Source: a virus. From it: a stretch of DNA of 64,000 nt. The translations under genes and the position numbers were made by a program. Positions 1 through 8,686 of this stretch are shown here, piece by piece; within the stretch, counting starts at the first letter, position 1; every line of letters starts with the position of its first letter. The stretch lies in IMG/VR virus record IMGVR_UViG_3300007522_000367, positions 1-64,000 of that record; one strand, written 5' to 3'. Under the pieces are notes generated by a model. It ran no database searches. It worked only from the letters and a program-made list of their open reading frames with translations, and had not been told where the DNA came from.

Positions 1-2
1 AG

Positions 3-1289
3 TTTATTGAATATAACATTCAAGATACTGCGCTGCTGGACAAGCTGGATAGGAAACTGCGCTTTATTGAATTAAGCAATACTATTGCACACGAGAATAC
101 AGTTCTTATTCAGACTACTATGGGCGCTGTTGCTGTTACTGAACAAGGCATTATTAACGAGGCGCACAATCGTGGACTTCAAGTTCCTAATCGTAAGAAT
201 ATAGATGACGAAGAAAACACACAGGCCGCTGGCGCATATGTTGCGTTCCCTAAAAAGGGCTTGCACAAGTGGATTGGGTCAATGGACTTGAACTCACTGT
301 ACCCTTCAGTGATTCGTGCGTTAAATATGGCTCCAGAAACTCTTGTAGGACAAATTCGTCCAGACATATCAGAAGCTCGTGTAGCAGAAGACATGGGTCT
401 TAAGAAACAGAGCTTCGCCGGTAGTTGGGAAGGTCGCTTTGCAACAGAAGAATACGATGCTGTTATGGCCAAACGTAAAGATGTTGCACTTACTATTGAG
501 TTTGAAAACGGCCAGTCTGAAGTAATGAGCGGAGCAGAGATTTACAAACTAGTATTTGACAGTAATAATCCATGGATGCTTAGTAGCAATGGTACAATCT
601 TTACACAAGAGTTTGAAGGTGTTATTCCAGGTATTCTAAAGCGTTGGTATGGTGAACGTAAAGAGTTACAAGCAAAGCTGAAGAAAGCTAAGGATGCAGG
701 TAATAAGGCAGAGATTGAGTATTGGGATAAACGTCAGCTAGTTAAGAAGATTTTGCTTAACAGTTTGTATGGTGCTATTCTTAACCCTGGTTGCCGCTTC
801 TTTGATAAGCGTATTGGACAGTCAACTACACTTACTGGTCGTACTATTGTTAAGCATATGAGTGCAGAAGTTAATAAAGTTATTACTGGAGTTTACGATC
901 ACGTTGGTGATGCTGTTATCTATGGTGATAGCGTTACCGGTGATTCGATGATTAACACATCAAATGGCATGATTGCAATTGAAGATTTGTTTGATGCAGT
1001 TGAGGATAAAGTATTACATCCTAGTGGAAAGGAATATGCAATGTTTAACGACTCGGACATTACAACACTTGGATTCCATGCATTAAATGATAAAATTACT
1101 ATTTCTAAAATGAACTATGTTATGCGTCATAAAACTTCTAAGCAATTATACAAGGTAACAATGGAAGACGGAACGTCGGTTACAGTAACAGAAGATCACA
1201 GTTTAATGATAGACCGAGATGGGTTCTTACTGGAAATAAAGGCAACAGATTTACAAGAAAATGATTTAGTTATTACTCTTGCTAAGTAG
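3..1289 (+). CDS. polB: Family B DNA polymerase (gp43-like), N-terminal gene (5' truncated by the window), ending in the N-half of a split intein
   Basis: Frame is open from nt 3 (ExoIII-like YNIQD). Region II DLNSLYPS, region III KILLNSLYG, then YGD followed by intein sequence SVTGDS... to the stop. Confidence 0.95.
   Translation, partial: FIEYNIQDTALLDKLDRKLRFIELSNTIAHENTVLIQTTMGAVAVTEQGIINEAHNRGLQVPNRKNIDDEENTQAAGAYVAFPKKGLHKWIGSMDLNSLYPSVIRALNMAPETLVGQIRPDISEARVAEDMGLKKQSFAGSWEGRFATEEYDAVMAKRKDVALTIEFENGQSEVMSGAEIYKLVFDSNNPWMLSSNGTIFTQEFEGVIPGILKRWYGERKELQAKLKKAKDAGNKAEIEYWDKRQLVKKILLNSLYGAILNPGCRFFDKRIGQSTTLTGRTIVKHMSAEVNKVITGVYDHVGDAVIYGDSVTGDSMINTSNGMIAIEDLFDAVEDKVLHPSGKEYAMFNDSDITTLGFHALNDKITISKMNYVMRHKTSKQLYKVTMEDGTSVTVTEDHSLMIDRDGFLLEIKATDLQENDLVITLAK
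930..1286 (+). mobile_element. Split intein N-fragment (119 aa, Ser1, no Cys)
   Basis: Starts right after YGD of the YGDTDS catalytic motif. Block A SVTGDSMI, block B VTVTEDHSLM, ends ...DLQENDLVITLAK*. Confidence 0.92.
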
Positions 1290-1296
1290 GGTTTTT

Positions 1297-1355
1297 TGAC
1301 TATGATGTTAAATAAGTATAGCAAGCATACAACGATAGGAGTATCACCATAGTCA
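1297..1355 (+). promoter_or_regulatory. Putative RNA hairpin occluding the endonuclease start, with a late-promoter-like TAAATAAGTA in its loop
   Basis: TGACTATG (1297-1304) is the exact reverse complement of CATAGTCA (1348-1355, which includes the A of ATG). SD AGGAG at 1337-1341. TAAATA at 1309-1314. Confidence 0.55.
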
Positions 1356-2299
1356 TGCCAAAATGTATAGAGTGCGGCACAGTCGCAAAAAGATTACAGT
1401 GGACACATTTTTTTTATAAATGTACTGGAAAGTTTAAGAACGGTAAAGAATACAAAATCGCATATCCCCATGCTAAACTAGTAGACGATGAGTTTGCTAA
1501 GTCAACAGCCTGCACACTAGTTAATATGCAAAAGAAATACGGAACAGTGCAGGGTCAAGCTGCATGGGATGATTATAAAAGAAAACAAGCGTATTCTAAT
1601 ACGCTGCAATACAAACAAGAGAAACATGGATGGACCGAAGCCGACTTTGATGAATATAATAAATCAAGAGCTGTTACATTAAAAAACTTAATAGAACGGC
1701 ACGGTGAAGTGACAGGTGCTATTAAATGGCAATCATATTGCGATAGACAGGCATACACAAACACAAAGGAATATTTCATAGAAAAGTTTGGTACTACAAC
1801 TGGTACAGACATGTACAATGAAGTGTGTAGAATAAAGTCACACTCACTAGATGTAGTAATGGAAAGAAACAACTGTGATGAAGCAGTAGCACTAGATATA
1901 ATTGCTAATTATAAACAGTCAGAAAAATATTCAAGTAATTTAGAAAAGCAGTTTGCTGATGAAATAATGTCTGCACTGGAAGAAGAATTGCGCTATTATT
2001 ACAAAACGAAACAATATTGCATTTGGGCAAATGACAAGCCGAACTTTTATGACATTGTACACAATGACAAAGCAATAGAATTTAATGGCGACTACTGGCA
2101 TTGCAATCCTAACAAATACGCTGAAAACTGGTATCATCCACAATCTGAGTTATTAGCAAGACACGTATGGGAAAAAGATGCAAAGAAGATTCAAGCATTA
2201 AAAGATAAGCGTAACATAGACACACTAATCATATGGGAGTCAGAGTATTTGGCTGATCCTAAAACAATAATTCAAAGGTGCATAACATGGCTGAAGTAA
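1355..2299 (+). mobile_element. Free-standing homing endonuclease, Vsr-like/EDxHD (DUF559-like) catalytic domain with N-terminal repeats
   Basis: C-terminal IEFNGDYWH...D..K...LIIWESE Vsr-like motif. N-terminal CxxC and tandem repeats. Lies between the two split-intein halves. Confidence 0.85.
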
Positions 2300-2418
2300 T
2301 AAGACAACGAGTAGCAAGCGTAGAAAAGATACCAAACACAGGCGACCAGTACGTATATGATATAAGCATTGCCGAAGACGATCCGTTTTTCTTTGCAAAT
2401 GGACATTTGGTTCATAAC
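2287..2418 (+). mobile_element. Split intein C-fragment (44 aa, ends His-Asn, Thr+1)
   Basis: Block F YVYDISI, block G FFANGHLVHN, followed by T. Confidence 0.92.
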
Positions 2419-3279
2419 ACAGATTCGGTCTACTTTAGTGCTTGGCCTACTTTACAAAATGAAATTAAGGCAGGCAATATTCCTTGGACTAAAGAGAATG
2501 TTATTACACTTTACGATCAAGTATCAGAAGCAGCTAATATAACCTTCCCAGATATGATGGCAAAATCATTCCATTGCCCAAAGAGTCGAAGTGTTGTTAT
2601 TGCAGCAGGTCGTGAAATTGTTGCAGAAAGCGGATTGTTTATTACTAAGAAGCGTTATGCAGCTCTAGTAATTGATACAGAAGGTTTCCGCAGTGACGTA
2701 GACGGTAAAGCTGGTAAAGTAAAAGCCATGGGCTTAGACTTACGTAGAAGTGATACTCCTGTGTTTATGCAAGAGTTTTTAAGCGAGCTGTTGCTTATGG
2801 TACTTACAGATAAGCCGCAAACTGATGTGCTAGAACGTATTACTCAATTTCGTTTAGCATTTAGTGAACGGCCAGGTTGGGAGAAAGGTAGTCCGAAACG
2901 TGCAAACAAAGTTGGACATTATCGTCGCTTAGAAGAAAAAGCCGGCAAGGCTAATATGCCTGGACACGTTAGGGCAAGTATTAACTGGAATACACTCAAG
3001 CGTATGAATGGTGACAAATACTCGCAGGAGATTGTTGATGGTATGAAAGTTATTGTTTGTAAGCTCAAGCAGAATCCATTAGGGTACACTAGTGTTGCTT
3101 ATCCGACAGACGAGCTGCGTATGCCTGAATGGTTTAAAGAACTTCCGTTTGATGATGCAGCAATGGCAGAAACAATTATTGATAATAAGTTAGATAATTT
3201 GATTGGTGTGCTTAACTATCCATTAGAGGATACTAAGCGGCATAACACGTTCAATAGTTTGTTTGACTTTGGAGACTAA
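2287..3279 (+). CDS. polB: Family B DNA polymerase, C-terminal gene, beginning with the C-half of the split intein
   Basis: ...LVHN|TDSVYF restores YGD-TDS. KKRYA and GLDLRRSD PolB motifs. AAGG SD upstream of ATG 2287. Confidence 0.95.
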   Translation: MAEVIRQRVASVEKIPNTGDQYVYDISIAEDDPFFFANGHLVHNTDSVYFSAWPTLQNEIKAGNIPWTKENVITLYDQVSEAANITFPDMMAKSFHCPKSRSVVIAAGREIVAESGLFITKKRYAALVIDTEGFRSDVDGKAGKVKAMGLDLRRSDTPVFMQEFLSELLLMVLTDKPQTDVLERITQFRLAFSERPGWEKGSPKRANKVGHYRRLEEKAGKANMPGHVRASINWNTLKRMNGDKYSQEIVDGMKVIVCKLKQNPLGYTSVAYPTDELRMPEWFKELPFDDAAMAETIIDNKLDNLIGVLNYPLEDTKRHNTFNSLFDFGD

Positions 3280-3280
3280 A

Positions 3281-3388
3281 ATGAAAATAAAATTAGAAAT
3301 AGAAATTGATACCGAGAGCGATCAGGACCTAAATACTATTGAAGAGCTAATCGAAATGTTAAAAGGACTAGTGGAGCAGATGCAATGA
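3281..3388 (+). CDS. Small hypothetical protein (35 aa, MKIKLEIEIDTESDQDL...)
   Basis: GGAG SD, fills the gap exactly, ATGA overlap with the next gene. Not in the ORF track. Confidence 0.7.
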   Translation: MKIKLEIEIDTESDQDLNTIEELIEMLKGLVEQMQ

Positions 3389-3795
3389 AGGTAGGTTTCA
3401 CCGCATCAACTTTTGATTTACTTCACGCCGGGCATGTACAAATGTTACGTGAAGCAAAAGAACAGTGCGATTATTTGATCTGCGGATTACAAGTGGATCC
3501 TAGCGTTGATCGTCTAGATAAAAATTCCCCTATACAGACTATTGTCGAGCGCTATACGCAACTTAAAGCAGTAGGATATGTAAATGAAATTATTCCTTAT
3601 GGCACCGAACAAGACCTAGAAGATATCTTGACAATGTATCATATTCATGTTAGAATATTAGGAGAGGAGTATAGAGATAAAGATTTTACTGGTAAAGACA
3701 TTTGCCGTAAAAGAGATATTGAATTATACTTTAATAAACGAGATCATCGTTTTAGTTCAAGTGATTTAAGAAAGAGAGTAGCTGATCGTGGGTAA
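3385..3795 (+). CDS. Cytidylyltransferase (TagD/glycerol-3-phosphate cytidylyltransferase-like)
   Basis: STFDLLHAGH (HxGH motif), C-terminal RxxxxSSSxLR. Confidence 0.88.
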   Translation: MKVGFTASTFDLLHAGHVQMLREAKEQCDYLICGLQVDPSVDRLDKNSPIQTIVERYTQLKAVGYVNEIIPYGTEQDLEDILTMYHIHVRILGEEYRDKDFTGKDICRKRDIELYFNKRDHRFSSSDLRKRVADRG

Positions 3796-4501
3796 TAAGT
3801 TTATATTTGATGTAGATGGAACATTAACGCCAAGCCGCAGTGGTATGAATAGTGAGTTTCAAGGATACTTTATAGACTTTTGCTATGCAAACGAAGTTTA
3901 TCTAGTTACAGGTAGTGACTATGCTAAAACATTAGAACAGGTTGGACCTGATGTTTGTGATGCTGTGATAAGGATTTATAACTGTAACGGCAATAATGTT
4001 TGGGAGAAAGGTGTGAATATTCGTACTAATGAATGGACACTTCCTGAAGATGCACACGAATGGTTATCTAATAAGCTAACCGAAAGTACCTATTGTACTC
4101 GTACAGGATTACACTTCGAACATCGCCCAGGGCTTGTTAACTTTAGCATAGTTGGACGTAGCGCTGACAAAGAACAACGAGCAGATTACGTTATATATGA
4201 TGTTCTATTCGACGAACGTAATATTATTGCTCAAGAGTTTAATGGATTATTTCCTACACTACAAGCAACGGTAGGAGGCGAAACTGGTATTGATATTGCT
4301 CCACTAGGTGCGGACAAAGCACAAATTGTTGAGGACTTTGAAGTTGAAGATAAACTTTACTTCTTTGGCGATAGAATGGATCCTGCTGGTAATGATTATC
4401 CGCTGTCGTTAGAAGTAGACGTAGCAAAGCCTGTAAAACGCTGGCAAGAAACATTTGAACTGTTACAATATTTTCAAGAAGCAAAGGTAGCAGCGAAATG
4501 A
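3788..4501 (+). CDS. HAD-superfamily phosphomannomutase-like enzyme
   Basis: FDVDGTLT, VTGSD, NFSIVGR and FFGD...GNDY motifs of PMM-type HAD IIB. Confidence 0.85.
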   Translation: MGNKFIFDVDGTLTPSRSGMNSEFQGYFIDFCYANEVYLVTGSDYAKTLEQVGPDVCDAVIRIYNCNGNNVWEKGVNIRTNEWTLPEDAHEWLSNKLTESTYCTRTGLHFEHRPGLVNFSIVGRSADKEQRADYVIYDVLFDERNIIAQEFNGLFPTLQATVGGETGIDIAPLGADKAQIVEDFEVEDKLYFFGDRMDPAGNDYPLSLEVDVAKPVKRWQETFELLQYFQEAKVAAK

Positions 4502-5259
4502 AAATTTTGCTAACGGGTCACAGGGGCTTTATAGGTACTGCATTACTTGCACGATTAACAAATAACAATGATGTAGAAGTTATACACTGTATAGACTTGC
4601 AAGCAGGTACCAACTTGCTTACTTGTGACTTTCCGAATCATGTCGATCTTGTAATACATCTAGCAGGAAAAAGCGGTGTTCGTGAAAGCCTGAATGACCC
4701 GGGTGCTTATTGGTTAAACAATGTAGAAGCAAGCCGTAGACTGTTTGAACGCTATAGTAACGCTCGCATATTGTATGCAAGCTCAAGCAGTGCGTACGAG
4801 CCCGATTTGAACCCTTATGCGGCATCTAAGTACATACTGGAAAAATTAGCAACACGGTATACTGATACTTTAGGTATGCGATTCCACACTGTGTATTCCG
4901 ACTTACCTAGAAAGAACATGTTCTTTGATAAACTATTTAATGGTACATTAGAATACGTAACTCAACACCACAGAGATTTTGTACACATTAACGATATTTG
5001 CGATGCAATTGAAATACTGATTAAAAAGACGCACGTTAATGGTATAATAGATATTGGTTCAGGTGATCCAATTAGAGTTCAGGACTTGGCTCCTGGCTTG
5101 CCTATCCGCCTAAATACTCCACATGAAAGAACATTTACATGTGCAAATTTAGAAAAAATGAAAGCCTTAGGATATAAACCTAAATATATGATAAAAGAGT
5201 TCTTGACAAACAAAGAATTAGGCACTATAATAAAACTTAACACAGGAGAAATCGCATGA
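4498..5259 (+). CDS. NAD-dependent epimerase/dehydratase (extended SDR)
   Basis: TGHRGFIG, HLAG, ASSSS, YAASK, RDFVHINDI. Confidence 0.9.
   Translation: MKILLTGHRGFIGTALLARLTNNNDVEVIHCIDLQAGTNLLTCDFPNHVDLVIHLAGKSGVRESLNDPGAYWLNNVEASRRLFERYSNARILYASSSSAYEPDLNPYAASKYILEKLATRYTDTLGMRFHTVYSDLPRKNMFFDKLFNGTLEYVTQHHRDFVHINDICDAIEILIKKTHVNGIIDIGSGDPIRVQDLAPGLPIRLNTPHERTFTCANLEKMKALGYKPKYMIKEFLTNKELGTIIKLNTGEIA
5203..5231 (+). promoter_or_regulatory. Consensus sigma70-type promoter upstream of the sliding clamp
   Basis: TTGACA-17 nt-TATAAT. Confidence 0.8.
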
Positions 5260-5999
5260 AAGATATTTTACAAGACGTAGTAGCACATACACACGCACTA
5301 GGGTTTTTATCATTAGTTAAAGTAACTGCTGATACTACTAGCACAGTCGTTGAAAGTATGGCAGATGATCGTTCAGTTATTATGACTGCAACGGCACATA
5401 CACCAGTAACAGAATTTGATGGTATATTTGGTATGCCCAATTTGGACAAACTTGCACTACACTTAAAAAATCCCGAGTATCAAAAAGATGCAAAGATTGA
5501 AGTAGTCAAAGCAGTACGCAATGGCGAAACTATTCCTACACATATTCACTTTGAAAACTCAACTGGTGACTTTGAAAATGATTATCGCTTTATGAACCGA
5601 GCAATCATTGACGAAAAACTTAAGACGGTTACATTTAAAGGTGCAACATGGCAAGTTGAATTTCAGCCTAGCGTAGCAGCAATTGGACGTATGAAGTTAC
5701 AGAGTGCTGCTCATAGTGAGGAACCTACATTTAATGTTAAGACTACTGCAACAGGCAGTGCAACTGACTTGGTGTTTAGCTTTGGCGATGCAAGCACACA
5801 CTCAGGTGAGTTTGTATTTCAAAATGCAATAAAAGGTAAACTGTCGCACACTTGGAGTTGGCCAGTTGCCGCTGTTCAAAGTATTTTAAATCTAAGCGGT
5901 ACTACTACTATGAGCATTAGTGATCAGGGTGCTATGATGATTAGTGTTGATTCAGGTATGGCAAAATACAACTACATCCTTCCAGCGCAGAGCAAATAA
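5256..5999 (+). CDS. Probable DNA polymerase sliding clamp (gp45-like)
   Basis: 247 aa with a two-domain beta-rich pattern, C-terminal YNYILPA, close to polB, strong AGGAG SD. Recognised by overall resemblance. Confidence 0.65.
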   Translation: MKDILQDVVAHTHALGFLSLVKVTADTTSTVVESMADDRSVIMTATAHTPVTEFDGIFGMPNLDKLALHLKNPEYQKDAKIEVVKAVRNGETIPTHIHFENSTGDFENDYRFMNRAIIDEKLKTVTFKGATWQVEFQPSVAAIGRMKLQSAAHSEEPTFNVKTTATGSATDLVFSFGDASTHSGEFVFQNAIKGKLSHTWSWPVAAVQSILNLSGTTTMSISDQGAMMISVDSGMAKYNYILPAQSK

Positions 6000-6340
6000 T
6001 GCTAGAACTTTTAATAATTGTAACATTTTTAGCTATAACGCTTACAACTTATCACCGTGTAGGTTGGAAAAATATTAAAGAATGTTACAGTTACTGGTTT
6101 AAACCAGGATACTGGTCAAGTTACAATATTGTTGAAGCAGTATCCTGGTTAGCAAAAACATTAGTGATTATTCCGAGTCTAGTGTTCAATTTAGAGATAT
6201 GGCAGTTACATTTTGTAACACTACTAACATCAGTAATGTTGATTTGGGCTAGCGAAAGAAAACTATTGCCAACGCTAGTTGCATTCAATACCCTATGGAT
6301 TGCTATAAGTTCCATAGTAATAATAAGGAACATTGTTTAA
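5999..6340 (+). CDS. Small integral membrane protein
   Basis: About four hydrophobic segments; TAATG coupling to the clamp gene. Confidence 0.6.
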   Translation: MLELLIIVTFLAITLTTYHRVGWKNIKECYSYWFKPGYWSSYNIVEAVSWLAKTLVIIPSLVFNLEIWQLHFVTLLTSVMLIWASERKLLPTLVAFNTLWIAISSIVIIRNIV

Positions 6341-6342
6341 AA

Positions 6343-7902
6343 ATGAATAAAGACTTAACTGCAACACAAAACGATTACGCACATTTCTTACCTGCACTTA
6401 GTGGCTTCTATGCGACTTACGTGGGCAAACAGCGTCATCTAGATCCTGTTAAAGGTCCTTACATTGAAGATGCTCGTATTCCTGCTAACTTTCAGAATGG
6501 TGTAGAAAGTCTTAACTATCTAAATGCACAAGAAGGAGCGTTCACATACAAGTGGACGCTTTACTCTGCAGGACACGCCGATTTAGATACAACTAAGTTT
6601 GTGCCTAAAGAAGACATGGTTAGGAATAGAGATAGGCAGAACACTTGGTTGCTTGGCGACTCAGGTGGATTCCAGATTGGTAAGGGCGTTTGGGAAGGTG
6701 ATTGGAAAGATCCTAATTGTCCTAAAGCTCAAAAGAAACGAGACGGTGTATTGCGTTGGATGGACGCTTACATGGACTATGGCATGGTACTTGATATCCC
6801 GGCTTGGGTTGCTCGTAGCCCTGAAGGTGCAAAAGCTACTGGCATTAGCACATACAACGAAGCAGTTAAAGCAACACGTATTAATAACGACTACTGGATG
6901 AAACACCGCACTGGTGCTTGTAAGTTCTTAAACGTACTACAAGGTGAGAATCATGCAGATGCAGATGACTGGTACGAGCAAATGAAAGACTATTGCGATC
7001 CAGTTAAGTATCCGGACAATCACTTCAATGGGTGGTCAATGGGTGGACAGAATATGTGCGATGTACACTTGGTTCTTAAACGCATTGTTTCTATGCACTT
7101 TGATGGCTTGTTACAAAGCGGTATACACGATGTAATGCACTTTCTAGGCACAAGCAAGCTAGAGTGGGCATGTTTGCTTACGGACGTACAGCGGGCTATA
7201 CGCAAGTACTATAACCCCACTATGATGCTTACATTTGACTGTGCAAGTCCTTTCTTAGCAACTGCTAATGGACAGATTTACATTCAGAATGAAACTCCTG
7301 ATAGAGGTAAGTGGACTTACCGAATGGTGCCTAGCATTGATGATAAGAAGTATTCAATCGATACTAGAACTTTTAAACAAGCAGTATTGCAAGATGGCAT
7401 CTTTAAAAACTTTGAAGATAGTCCTATTACAGCAGAAATGAAAGTCAGTGATGTATGCATTTACAAGCCGGGCGACTTAAATAAGATTGGCAAAGAAGGA
7501 AGAACATCTTGGGATAGTTTTTCATATGCCATTCAAATGGGTCATAATGTTTGGAGTCACATCAATGCAGTTCAAGAAGCCAATAGACAATACGATGCTG
7601 GAGTTGTACCGAGAATGCTTGTACAAGAGCAATTTGACAGGGTCTTTTTTAGAGACGTTGTTGAAACAATATTTGCAGCAACTACAAGAGAAGAAGCAAA
7701 CGCCTTAATTGACAATAACTCTAAGTTTTGGATGTCAATTCCGGGCACTCGCGGAGCCATTGGTAAAAAGACTGTAAACTCTAGTACTTACTTTGGAGCA
7801 TTGTTTGATGTTGTTGAACCAGAAGTAGAAGAACTAGAAGATGGTTGTTTTACTGAAGATCAAACACACTTGTTAGAGGACTTGGAAAATGGACAATTAT
7901 GA
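6343..7902 (+). CDS. dpdA: TGT-fold transglycosylase, DpdA-like (7-deazaguanine insertion into DNA)
   Basis: LGDSGGFQ, VLDIP, NVLQG, HFLG and TFDCASP motifs of the TGT fold. No C-terminal CxCxxC Zn site of tRNA TGT. Clustered with folE and queE. Confidence 0.8.
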   Translation: MNKDLTATQNDYAHFLPALSGFYATYVGKQRHLDPVKGPYIEDARIPANFQNGVESLNYLNAQEGAFTYKWTLYSAGHADLDTTKFVPKEDMVRNRDRQNTWLLGDSGGFQIGKGVWEGDWKDPNCPKAQKKRDGVLRWMDAYMDYGMVLDIPAWVARSPEGAKATGISTYNEAVKATRINNDYWMKHRTGACKFLNVLQGENHADADDWYEQMKDYCDPVKYPDNHFNGWSMGGQNMCDVHLVLKRIVSMHFDGLLQSGIHDVMHFLGTSKLEWACLLTDVQRAIRKYYNPTMMLTFDCASPFLATANGQIYIQNETPDRGKWTYRMVPSIDDKKYSIDTRTFKQAVLQDGIFKNFEDSPITAEMKVSDVCIYKPGDLNKIGKEGRTSWDSFSYAIQMGHNVWSHINAVQEANRQYDAGVVPRMLVQEQFDRVFFRDVVETIFAATTREEANALIDNNSKFWMSIPGTRGAIGKKTVNSSTYFGALFDVVEPEVEELEDGCFTEDQTHLLEDLENGQL

Positions 7903-8098
7903 AAATGACGAAGATAGACTCAAGCAGCATTACGAAGAACTAAAAATTAGGCATAGAGAACTTGACAACGAAATAGAAGCAAGTTATACTGATGTTACAA
8001 AACAAGACGAAATTCGTAGAATGAAAACTATGAAACTTTGGCTTAAAGATGAAATGTATCGTATTAATGCATATCTAATACAAAAGGATTTAGAATGA
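7889..8098 (+). CDS. DUF465/YdcH-like coiled-coil protein
   Basis: HRELDNEI...IRRMKTMKLWLKDEM pattern. Confidence 0.7.
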   Translation: MDNYENDEDRLKQHYEELKIRHRELDNEIEASYTDVTKQDEIRRMKTMKLWLKDEMYRINAYLIQKDLE

Positions 8099-8685
8099 TG
8101 ATAAAAGTAATATCACTTAATAGTGCAATAAACCCTGGAACAGTTATTCCAATGAAACAGTATAATGGTAATATTGGAAGATGGATTGAAAACGATCTTG
8201 AAGATAAAGGTTACAAAGTTAATCGAGGAAAAGGTATAGATCTTCCCGAGTATGGACTAGAAATTAAAAGCCGTTTGAGAAGTAGCACAAGCGGTCATAC
8301 AGTAGGTGCTATGCTACCTGTAGATATTATAAATACTCCTTGGGAATATAGTAATATTAGAAATAAGATTCAACGGCAATACCGTGTTGAATATGATGAA
8401 AATATACTTACTGGTGACAACGTAGTTACTGAAGCAAAAGTTTATGATTTTACATGTAACGAAATACAATCTAAACTTAAAGAAGCATGGGAGTACGGAC
8501 AATCTATGCTTAAATCTAGCAATCCAAAGAATATGCCTAAATACATTCGTTACAACAATCATTTGGGCTATTTTGAGAGGCAAACCAGTGGACAATACCA
8601 ATATCGTATTACCGAAGGAGCAATGACACATATAAAAAAACTTTCAACTAATACAAGCAACCGACTTTTTGAGTTCGGAGCGTAA
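8095..8685 (+). CDS. PD-(D/E)XK restriction-like endonuclease
   Basis: GRWIE...GIDLPEYGLEIKSR gives the E...D...ExK arrangement. Confidence 0.6.
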   Translation: MMIKVISLNSAINPGTVIPMKQYNGNIGRWIENDLEDKGYKVNRGKGIDLPEYGLEIKSRLRSSTSGHTVGAMLPVDIINTPWEYSNIRNKIQRQYRVEYDENILTGDNVVTEAKVYDFTCNEIQSKLKEAWEYGQSMLKSSNPKNMPKYIRYNNHLGYFERQTSGQYQYRITEGAMTHIKKLSTNTSNRLFEFGA

Positions 8686-8686
8686 T

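Noticed and set aside
1290-2286. Group I intron interrupting polB
   Set aside because: Both flanks carry clear intein blocks and the non-coding spacer is only 65 nt, too short for a ribozyme core. Protein trans-splicing explains the break.
6343-7902. tRNA-guanine transglycosylase (tgt)
   Set aside because: Lacks the Zn-binding CxCxxC...H domain and has long insertions; the phage context with folE/queE favours a DNA-acting DpdA. Not proven.
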